Part shown: one piece after another, positions 17,501 through 24,025 of the stretch
How the letters are laid out: the number at the start of each line of letters is the position of its first letter
Numbering within the stretch: the stretch's first letter is position 1
The notes under the pieces: generated by a model
What the model was told of the DNA's origin: nothing
Seen by the model: only the letters and a program-made list of their open reading frames with translations
Database searches by the model: none
Program-made: the position numbers and the translations under genes
IMG/VR virus record: IMGVR_UViG_3300017783_000117
Location: 1 to 31,569 of that record
Source: a virus
Taxonomy: Duplodnaviria; Caudoviricetes
DNA: 31,569 nucleotides
Direction: 5' to 3' (one strand)

Positions 17501-20500
17501 CTTGTATGCAGGATGATTTCTTGTTCCTTTAATTGCTCCTGTGACAGCAGATACAAATGTATGAGTTCCTCCGCCGTTAGCAACTGCTCCAACATTAGTT
17601 CCAATTACGTTTCCATTTACAGAAGTAATTTTAACTGCCTTCTTGTAGAAAGGATGATGTGGTTCAGGTGCAGAGTGTTGAGTTTGATTATTGTCTATTG
17701 CACAAGTAAATGTAATACCGCGAGTTGCGAACTCAATCTCATCACCAACCTGTAATTTATGAGTACCTATATCCGCTGTAAATTCACCGGTTGCTGGATC
17801 ATAACTTGCATCAGTTGGAGTAAAGTTAGTTACTGTTTGAGTTGGGTAAGTATGTTGAGATGCATTACCATCAGTTGCACAAGTAAATGTTAAACTGTTA
17901 GGTGCAAGTAATACTTCTTCTCCGACTTGTAAATCGTGAGCACCAATTGTAATAACCGTTAAACCAGTTACAGGATCATATGTTGCATTAGATGGAGTAT
18001 AGATCTTATTACCAGAATTTAGAATATTTTTAACTTTATCAATATTCTCTACTGTTCTATGTCTTGATGCTTCGTCAGATAACGCCTTAACTTCTGTAAT
18101 TGAATTAGCAGCTGCAGAAACAAACGTATGCGGATATTGTCCTGTTCCACCTGTACCTACATTCATTATAATAGTTGTAGAAGTAACTGCCTCGATCGGA
18201 CAAGGATGATTAAAGTAAGGATGATGCGCAGCAGGAACAGCGTCGTTTTGAACTCCGCTTCCTGTATCACAACTAAACACAATACCACCATCAGAGAATC
18301 TTACATAATCTCCAGGTAATAAACTATGCTGACCAATTGTTGCTTCAAACTTTCCTGTAGCAGGATCGTAAGTTGCAGTTGTTGGTGTAAACTGAGCACC
18401 AGGTGTTGTACTAATTAATTCCTGCTTCAATGTTTCCATTGAACCTAATGTTTCTACTAACTGATTATTAATAACATTATCAGCAAGTGTAGTACCTGCT
18501 CTATAAGCAATACCAGTTTGAACTGCGTTATAGTTTGTTCCTGTTAGAATATCTCTTTCAACTGCAGGTAAGATATAAGAAGTTACATCTCGACGACACT
18601 TGTTAGAATCGTATCTATAATAAGTATCTTCAATATAACCTTCAATTAAATCTTGAATGAATTCTTTGTTTCTTTGTAATTGCTTTCTTGCATTTATCTT
18701 ATTAACAGATATACTTGAGTCTTCTGACCATTTAATATCATCCCCTAATATAGATACTGCATTAGGTAAAGCTTCAACAAATGTATGATCATCAACGATT
18801 GCTGATTTACCAACATTAATTGTAATTGATTTTGCGTTAGAACCTATAACCTCAACTGGTGTTCCTGCCGCTGGGTCAGTAGCTCTTGGGTAACCTGTTC
18901 TCTTTGTATTATTATCTCTGTCACAAGTAAATACCAATCCACCTGTTTTCAATAATACATAACGACCTGCAGCCAAACTATGACCTGCTGTAAACGCGTT
19001 AGGTGTTGCTGAAACAAACGTATGAGGTACTTGACCTGATCCACCTGTACCAACATTCATTATAATCGTTGTAGCAGATGTTCCTATGATAGGACATGGT
19101 TTGTTATAGTATGGGTGGTGAGCTTCAGGAACTGCGTGATTCTGTTCACCTCCTCCCATATTACAACTAAATGTAATACTTTCAGGTTTTATCCATATAT
19201 GATCACCAACTTCTAGTGTATGTGAACCTACAGTTGCTTCCATGATTCCTGTAGCAGGATCGTAGGTTGCGTTTGATACCGTAAGTCCAGTTGTTTTGCC
19301 GAGTGTGATAACTGATAAACCAGTTTCTGGGTCATAAGTTGCGGCAGTAGGAGTAAACTGTTTTCCTTTGTTCTGAAGGATTTCTAAAATGTTATCGTAT
19401 GCATCATCAAGACGATCAGAAGCAACGTATGAATCTCCATCAACCAATTCATTTGTTTGATCTTTCAATCTCTTGTATGCTGCAACCGTTTCGTTATTCT
19501 GATTTTCCATAACAGTTTTTGCAGCAGCCATGTAATATGCACGACCTGCAGTTACTGAGTTATAGTTTGTGTCAAATAACATATCGTTTTTAACAGCAGG
19601 AATAATATAATCAGATACATCTCTACGACAAGCTTTACTATCGTAAGCATAGAACTCATCGTTGTTCTCAATCCAATCAATTAAATCTGTTGTAATTAAA
19701 TCTTTGTTATCTTGTAAAAGATGTCTAGCTGCGGTATAAGGAACAGAAGTATCTTGCCATATAATCGGGTTGATGTTCTCTTCACCGTACTCTAATACAT
19801 TTAGAAGTTCTCTAAAGGATGTTTCAATACGTTCGTTGATTTCAGAATTACCTGAAACAAATATTTCTTTTGTTCTATCTCTTAGGTATTCTAATGAACC
19901 TTTTGTTTCTTGTAACTGTTCTCCAGGTACAACGTAACTGATAGGTGATCTATAAGTAATACCACCTAAACGACCCCAATAGTTGGTATCGAGAGCAACA
20001 TCGTATCCTGTACCATCAAGTACAATACCTGAATCTCTTAAACATTTTTCTGAATCGTATTCTTGATAACCTAATCCGCCGTTGGCAGTATTGGCTGTAA
20101 GGTATTCAACGACATCTTCAATAATTTCGTCTGCACCGTAATCAATTGATTCTGCGAAGGCAGTATTACCAATAATAGGTACTGCTGTTGCTTTTGGAGC
20201 AAAGAACTGAGTTGTTCCTTTTGCTCTCATTGATATATCACCGAACTGAGTACCTGAGTTGTTCAGCGTCATTTGACCACCATTCAATGCATAGAATGCA
20301 CAACGAACGAAGATTGACAATGAACCAATACCGTTAACACCAGCACCGTCTCTAGCAACATATCCTAAACCGTTTTGAGTACGAGGTGTGAAACCAAAAC
20401 AAAGTACGTATGTATATAATGAATCGGTATCAAGTACTCTTCTATCTGCAAGTACACAACCGCCACCACGACCAACCGCTCTGTTAGGGAAGTCGTCAAT

Positions 20501-22525
20501 TCCGATGGATTGGACAACACCTGTTCCACCAGATTCTGATGTTACTGTATCTCCAACTTTAAATCCTTGACCGTTCTTAAGGTTACGAACTCTGATTGTT
20601 CTTGTCTGATTAACATCACCAGGAACTGTACCTTTGAGTGCGTCTAATGAATCATCCCAAGATAAGTAACCTATAGCACCAGATGAGAATACAACTTCAT
20701 CATCAAGTTTCCATAAACTTAGAAGTGGGTCAATGTTATTACCAGTAATATTTGTTTCAAGTACAAATGTTTGACCAAGGTCAGCAAGAGTACCTTTTGA
20801 ATTATAAGGGTTAAGAGGTGGTTCAACATCTTGACGTAAGAAGTTAGATAACTGAGTACTATCTCTTAAGTAAGGTGAACGTAATAGTTTGGCACCTGGT
20901 CGATAAGCAATCGCAAATCCACCTTCTGGGAAATCAAAGTTATCAACCTTAAAGTTTTGATAACCAAATCCTTGAACATAACCACCAGAACCAACTAAGA
21001 TTCCGTTATTGTTTTCGTATCCAGGAAGTAGTTCGATAACTGTAGCATACTGACCTGCAGTTGAAGTACAAGAACAGTCATCAGGTAATTGAAGATTACC
21101 TTTTGTATAATAAGTACCAGGACCTACTGAAATATGAACAGCGTTATTAATTGCGTTACGATTTAATTCGCCACCTGCTTTTTCTAAACAAAGTTCAAAT
21201 GCTCTTTCTAATGTTCTTACAGGTTGTAATTGAGTACCTGGGTTTTTATCATCACCAGATCCTGCATCAGCATGAACCTTTAAAGCTTGTGCTGTTTTCT
21301 TAGATACTTCGTCGAATAGTTGACCAAAGTTAATTTGTTCTGTATCACCTGTCTTTTCGTTACGAATTGCGAAATAGGATTCATCATCCATTGGAGCTTC
21401 AAATTCGTTATTGAGATCCATGTCGAAGTCGACAAGTTGTGATCTATCAATTACACCACCTGTAAATGTCGATCCACCAAGAGTACCATTATCGAATGAA
21501 GAATTATTTGCACCAAGGCCATCAGCAGTTGAACTACCAATTGACATGTTAGTCGCAACAACATTATCCATTACACCTTGGAATTCACTGTTAGTAATAA
21601 CACTATCAGAAAGCGTAGAATCATCAATCGTTGAATTAGTTAGGACAACATTGTTTCCTGTACCGTCATTAAACTCAGATTGTGTTATAACAATATTGTT
21701 GGCAGTAGAATCTTCGATTGTTCCATCAGAAAAATCAGAATTGATAATAACTGCATTATCAATATCACCGTCTGTATAGGTGGCATTAGTAATGTCAGTA
21801 TTATCCATCGTACCATTAACGATATCACTATCACTAATATCACCGTTATTAAACTCGGAGGCTTCGATGACAACATTATTTGCTGTTGAATTTGTAATAG
21901 AAGAATCATCAATTGTTGAGTTCGTTAAGATTACATTATTACCTGTACCTTCGTTGAACTCTGAATTTGTTATGATGACATTATTTGCTTCACTGTCAAA
22001 TAATTTTGAAGATGTAATTGTTACGTTGTTAGCAGTACCATCATTGAACTCTGAACTTGTAATAATAAAGTCGTTGGCAGTTCCACCAAGTAACTCTGTA
22101 GTAGTGAATACATTATTATTACCAATACTGTCATTTAACTCAGAATTTGTAATGACAACATTGTTAGCGGTTGAGTCAAAGATTTCACCATCACTGAATG
22201 AAGATGAACCGATTGTGATATTGTTGGCTACACTGTTTGTCATCAGTGTATCGTCGATGTTACCTCTTAGGAAAGCCGTATCTTCAATTTCAGAATTGTC
22301 CATTTGGACATTATCAATACGAGAATCGCGCAGGATAACGCCAGAGATGTTTCCACCTGTAATTTGAATCCTAGCAAAGATTTCGTATTGAATTGCTTCA
22401 ACTAATTCTTTCCTAGTAATATTACTTGTACCGTCGTCTCCTTGGACAAGGTTGACAATAACGAACAGGTCTTCTGTTCTGGTATTGGCACCAGTAATCG
22501 GAGGTAGTTCTGAAATTTTTGCCAT
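11588..22525 (-). CDS. Giant modular virion protein (3645 aa): beta-solenoid, pectin-lyase-like segment, helical CxRD repeats and His/Cys beta repeats
   Basis: Uninterrupted ORF with a late promoter and AAGGA RBS. N-terminus MAKISELP is followed by a 5/15-residue periodic N/S/D/T tract and a GSGDDKNPGTQLQPVRTLERA motif typical of beta-helix starts. Two interleaved repeat families follow. Confidence 0.9.
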   Translation of the reverse strand: MAKISELPPITGANTRTEDLFVIVNLVQGDDGTSNITRKELVEAIQYEIFARIQITGGNISGVILRDSRIDNVQMDNSEIEDTAFLRGNIDDTLMTNSVANNITIGSSSFSDGEIFDSTANNVVITNSELNDSIGNNNVFTTTELLGGTANDFIITSSEFNDGTANNVTITSSKLFDSEANNVIITNSEFNEGTGNNVILTNSTIDDSSITNSTANNVVIEASEFNNGDISDSDIVNGTMDNTDITNATYTDGDIDNAVIINSDFSDGTIEDSTANNIVITQSEFNDGTGNNVVLTNSTIDDSTLSDSVITNSEFQGVMDNVVATNMSIGSSTADGLGANNSSFDNGTLGGSTFTGGVIDRSQLVDFDMDLNNEFEAPMDDESYFAIRNEKTGDTEQINFGQLFDEVSKKTAQALKVHADAGSGDDKNPGTQLQPVRTLERAFELCLEKAGGELNRNAINNAVHISVGPGTYYTKGNLQLPDDCSCTSTAGQYATVIELLPGYENNNGILVGSGGYVQGFGYQNFKVDNFDFPEGGFAIAYRPGAKLLRSPYLRDSTQLSNFLRQDVEPPLNPYNSKGTLADLGQTFVLETNITGNNIDPLLSLWKLDDEVVFSSGAIGYLSWDDSLDALKGTVPGDVNQTRTIRVRNLKNGQGFKVGDTVTSESGGTGVVQSIGIDDFPNRAVGRGGGCVLADRRVLDTDSLYTYVLCFGFTPRTQNGLGYVARDGAGVNGIGSLSIFVRCAFYALNGGQMTLNNSGTQFGDISMRAKGTTQFFAPKATAVPIIGNTAFAESIDYGADEIIEDVVEYLTANTANGGLGYQEYDSEKCLRDSGIVLDGTGYDVALDTNYWGRLGGITYRSPISYVVPGEQLQETKGSLEYLRDRTKEIFVSGNSEINERIETSFRELLNVLEYGEENINPIIWQDTSVPYTAARHLLQDNKDLITTDLIDWIENNDEFYAYDSKACRRDVSDYIIPAVKNDMLFDTNYNSVTAGRAYYMAAAKTVMENQNNETVAAYKRLKDQTNELVDGDSYVASDRLDDAYDNILEILQNKGKQFTPTAATYDPETGLSVITLGKTTGLTVSNATYDPATGIMEATVGSHTLEVGDHIWIKPESITFSCNMGGGEQNHAVPEAHHPYYNKPCPIIGTSATTIIMNVGTGGSGQVPHTFVSATPNAFTAGHSLAAGRYVLLKTGGLVFTCDRDNNTKRTGYPRATDPAAGTPVEVIGSNAKSITINVGKSAIVDDHTFVEALPNAVSILGDDIKWSEDSSISVNKINARKQLQRNKEFIQDLIEGYIEDTYYRYDSNKCRRDVTSYILPAVERDILTGTNYNAVQTGIAYRAGTTLADNVINNQLVETLGSMETLKQELISTTPGAQFTPTTATYDPATGKFEATIGQHSLLPGDYVRFSDGGIVFSCDTGSGVQNDAVPAAHHPYFNHPCPIEAVTSTTIIMNVGTGGTGQYPHTFVSAAANSITEVKALSDEASRHRTVENIDKVKNILNSGNKIYTPSNATYDPVTGLTVITIGAHDLQVGEEVLLAPNSLTFTCATDGNASQHTYPTQTVTNFTPTDASYDPATGEFTADIGTHKLQVGDEIEFATRGITFTCAIDNNQTQHSAPEPHHPFYKKAVKITSVNGNVIGTNVGAVANGGGTHTFVSAVTGAIKGTRNHPAYKKPVVVAQTTSTSFTVNVGTSTDTSTHTFVSATSDSVKTAKYNSTYTPYDATYNAVTGVFTASIGKHNLEAGDTIVIKPNSVIFTCTLDGGVTEHAAPAKHHPAYKTPVRLTEVTADTITMNIGTGTGGTHTFVRADAGAIDTDGLFFTDPASYVKHYTPTTATFVPATGLSDITIPGHDLTTEDYVEFAPYAFTFTCSQDGDATEHSYPRKGDVNYMQPMNITAIVGDVVTVDMGIAGTAGGVHTFVSVIKDGVSKSTYKSQGQYAREQLQQNKDFLAKEVSAYLDTQYFVFDGEKCSRDSGFILDSVRRDMATNSTWNSQFMGLGYRTGSVGANKVIDDQLVETVAAINYLKAQVAADPSVTGVALTRTNQHFDKIIDIMQNGSANIGTKQWGATAALSNNHNDAGNILITNRAFIIAETTAYIAQNYPTLNYDTAACERDTGYLVDGLIQDVKFGGNTCSVNFARLYFENAVSVLPDDQVLPTYKTWEHIADVVWNIVRDVTITPTTGNGQAQDDSGTDYGIEVANLARDRVNIVTQVISDNTLDYLPAYIEPNVEDAMIAAHAAIDGMTENLSASVIDYLRDEHNGLPYKKATCERDIGIMVDAISRDIEYGGNENTLEVFDYYFRRFDTTSADYEQQRSTNVLPIEVKGQFRTLSNYEDTANVSGLREAINVLPYEQREATQLAFNRLAGLAAPVAAGTQQTSSYTTFGVSSATYDPATGIYVADIGTHSFDVNAEVYLKPNGVTFSCDMGSGVANHTSPQKHHPYYNKAVKIIATTSTTISMNVGTGGSGQQPHTFVSADADAISMGPYHIIDGTVASSAKAGEVAQLIYSVSNLIDKTNIEDSEMPTLTKASFDPNRTLARKQLVRNRDFIIEELQGYLKDRYYVFDGDKCKRDVGMIIDAVRTDVLTGGNQSAIFNGLAYRTGSAGADVVINEQLTETIKGIEFARDKAIEAVVDGEMKRRTETAFNEVIDIMTNGRANADAIDYTNTSPSTERINARSQLQNNKAFLQAEITAWLAANRPSHSYDVARCERDTGYLIDAIAADAQYGGNFATLNDAKLYFENAVSVLPADQREPTAAAFAHLGDCAELICLDTDIGGLKSAGNGETQSFAGGTAQAAISAEVESLFDIVADSITNNTMLLSPKVVMPDETNAVWGATATAAYLALDGIKDSVSTSLLAHLSEFYQVLPYSETKCRRDTGYIIDALCHDIQYGGNAASVQTAGMYFENAVNTGLQIEQRMGTRDAFLHLAKIVEHVVGGKDITTTLYPRTGKYYTGDIVTKYDYWNGLPSYQTVEAQDMVAVGANPNTCKEARKLVEIVANAVDDNIETRNTIPERIDVLQTWMGDNYITSKEVVERRSSILAESVITYLSSTHNALSFPEAKCRRDIGYIIDSISHDVQHDSNFATLQSAGIYFENGVSVLPVDTKTQYADVLQLLGDVVEQVVQETPVTNASNYTLTPQNTVGTAATALEGTQVHDLVAVIENVVRADDTDEIPLPTETASWVDATLRNVGTKLDNNTEELASDVTEYINSNFNVLDYNKAKCRRDTGFLLDAFSFDLNFGGNSASRWNADFYFWNQIYRLPEDQRIPTAKSYRHLGRICKDIVLGEYPGQTILGELATEVESKKVEELANIFYKTQLYNDTKYLPVLMEPDYTFSNSIFTDAQNIIGQRRKELQKDTVRHVNSAYNFVDINLTRRDARNLLTAVYNDFAYDKFNPDVPQPTYSDNGSQNAVRTFTASFFNYDGTHVFPVFNPTMQGLKYRGSVNSFADLSSVTGMKPNYAYIVATDITVSNFTGDIYYWNGTAWTLEGANDTTLLDAFVGSWDRMKTYITTNLSPDAEHTAMVNGLFDDCLKDNVLRPETLIFGSLVESIAHQFNGASAGVNRNALPLNFRNLGAAISAIASVLNENGGRIRWSGADELNNQYFARGLRINGRTGRIEGRPFTSSVRKLARRASNSRAVV
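12370..20150 (-). repeat. 11 intact + 1 degenerate helical repeats with motif (Y/F)xxxxCxRD(x)GxxxDxxxxDxxxGGN
   Basis: Cys codons at about 20043, 19629, 18597, 16611, 16185, 15711, 14811, 14391, 13896, 13329 and 12846. A Cys-less copy (LTRRDARNLL) lies near 12390. Confidence 0.92.
15075..19360 (-). repeat. 8 copies of a ~100-aa beta module: ATYDPATG...H.L..G....F(T/S)C...H..P..HHP.Y...NVG...HTFVSA
   Basis: Copies read from the translation at about 18755-19360 (two, nested), 18098-18395, 17393-18005 (two, nested), 17081-17372, 16740-17036 and 15075-15372. Confidence 0.9.
21440..22340 (-). repeat. Pentapeptide-like/beta-solenoid repeat (TANNVVITNSEFNDG-type)
   Basis: About 300 aa with a hydrophobic residue every 5 positions and a recurring 15-mer (ANNVxITxSEFNDGT). 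Confidence 0.85.
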
Positions 22526-22556
22526 CTTTAGTCTTTTCCTTGTGGTATTACCTTAT

Positions 22557-22564
22557 TATTTATA
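22557..22564 (-). promoter_or_regulatory. T4-type late promoter TATAAATA
   Basis: Exact consensus in the 53-bp intergenic gap, about 32 nt upstream of the giant gene's ATG. Confidence 0.82.
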
Positions 22565-22578
22565 AGTATAATACTCAA

Positions 22579-23820
22579 TTACTCTTTGTTTTCAAGCTTG
22601 TTTTCTAAAACATTTACCTTTTCACTTAAATCCTGAATTGCTTTTATTAGGATCGGCACTAATTGTTGATATCTTACAGCCTTGTAAGTATCATCTTCCA
22701 TTTCAATATCATAAACTACTTCAGGAACTAATTGTTCTAATTCTTGGGCAATAACACCTGGGTGTGTATCCTGAGGTCCGTCTTTATAATTAAATGTATA
22801 TGTTTTTATTTGTTCTAATGTATCAAGTCCCTTCTCTAAAGGAACAATATTTTCTTTTAATCTTTCGTCTGAGAATGATCCGTTTGTTGTTACGTCACCA
22901 AGGAATATTCCATTTCCACTTTGGTCTATTTGTGCAACCTTAGTGCTACCGCTATAAACTTCAACATCACCATCACGGACTTGAACATCATCATTAAAAT
23001 ATCCGTAACCGTTTACATTAATACCACTTGGTCCCCATGTAAGTACTTCATAGTCAGTACCAGACCAATTACTGTTAAGAACTCCGAATGGTACATTAAT
23101 TAGTCTCTTACCTGTAATGAAGGCTTTTTCATCACCAGAAACTGAGCCGGTTGTAATAAACTCGTTACCTTTATAAGTATTGAGTTCACCTTCACCGTCA
23201 AATGAAATCGTTCCATCAGTTGCGATATTAATACCGTCACCACCTGAGAATACACCTCTTGCTCTTGCATCGGTAAAGTATAAGTTTGTACTACCTTCAG
23301 AAATATCATCGGTACTTAATCCACCACCACCGCTTCCAATTGATAATGTACCAACTGTCAATGTACCAGTAACAGTGGCATCAGGTACAGTTAAAGTACC
23401 TGCGGTTGATAATTTAAACTTGGGATCACCTGTACCTGTATCAATAATAAAGGCACCAGGATTTGCATCTTCTAACCCAACATCCCAACTTAATGTACCT
23501 GTTGAATATCTTGTCTGAGGTCCTGCCGCAAATAAGAATGTACTTGTTGTTTGTGCAGCACCTGTTACTTGTAATGGACTAACAAAATTAACTGAAGCAT
23601 TACTTGTAACCGCTTGAATTGTATCTGTTGAAACTTTGGTAGAACCAACAACGTTTGCTGCTGTTATAGTACCAGTAAGTGTAGCACTACCTGTAGTAGT
23701 ATCTCCGCCAGGTGATGCGGTTACTACATTATCAGCAAGAGCATCAACCAGGTCATTGGTTTTATTAAACCAATTTTGGAATGTCTGTGAAGTTGTTATC
23801 TTACCTATATCTATAGCCAT
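22579..23820 (-). CDS. Tail fibre protein with C-terminal Peptidase_S74 chaperone (413 aa)
   Basis: N-terminal TFQNWFNKTNDL motif and internal STDDISEGSTNLYFTDARAR motif. The C-terminus SDERLKENI...TYTFNYK...GVIAQELEQLVPEVV...VRYQQLVPILIKAIQDL matches S74. Confidence 0.88.
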   Translation of the reverse strand: MAIDIGKITTSQTFQNWFNKTNDLVDALADNVVTASPGGDTTTGSATLTGTITAANVVGSTKVSTDTIQAVTSNASVNFVSPLQVTGAAQTTSTFLFAAGPQTRYSTGTLSWDVGLEDANPGAFIIDTGTGDPKFKLSTAGTLTVPDATVTGTLTVGTLSIGSGGGGLSTDDISEGSTNLYFTDARARGVFSGGDGINIATDGTISFDGEGELNTYKGNEFITTGSVSGDEKAFITGKRLINVPFGVLNSNWSGTDYEVLTWGPSGINVNGYGYFNDDVQVRDGDVEVYSGSTKVAQIDQSGNGIFLGDVTTNGSFSDERLKENIVPLEKGLDTLEQIKTYTFNYKDGPQDTHPGVIAQELEQLVPEVVYDIEMEDDTYKAVRYQQLVPILIKAIQDLSEKVNVLENKLENKE

Positions 23821-24015
23821 TTATTTTTCTTCCAATTTTTCGATTCTTTGGTAAATATCGAGAATACTCTTTTTAATATCAACCAAGTCATTTTGTATTC
23901 TGTCTACCTTACGGTAAAAATTCCGTTCTACCTTATATTTATTGAGAGCGGCAGCATCAGTACTAAGAATTGCACCAGTTGAATTATCTCTGTTTATATT
24001 CTTTACATTGCTCAT
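23821..24015 (-). CDS. Small coiled-coil phage protein (64 aa)
   Basis: RDNSTGAILSTD motif followed by a heptad-like C-terminus. The position after a VrlC-like gene matches what I recall from marine T4-like phages. Its stop abuts the next ATG. Confidence 0.75.
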   Translation of the reverse strand: MSNVKNINRDNSTGAILSTDAAALNKYKVERNFYRKVDRIQNDLVDIKKSILDIYQRIEKLEEK

Positions 24016-24025
24016 GGTATTGACC

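Noticed and set aside
11588-22525. Intein or intron as the cause of the giant ORF size
   Set aside because: No Hint splice-junction motifs or LAGLIDADG/HNH endonuclease motifs were seen. The repeat families account for the length.
21411-23854. Plus-strand ORFs up to 195 aa opposite the solenoid region and the 413-aa fibre
   Set aside because: Antisense shadows of low-complexity coding sequence.
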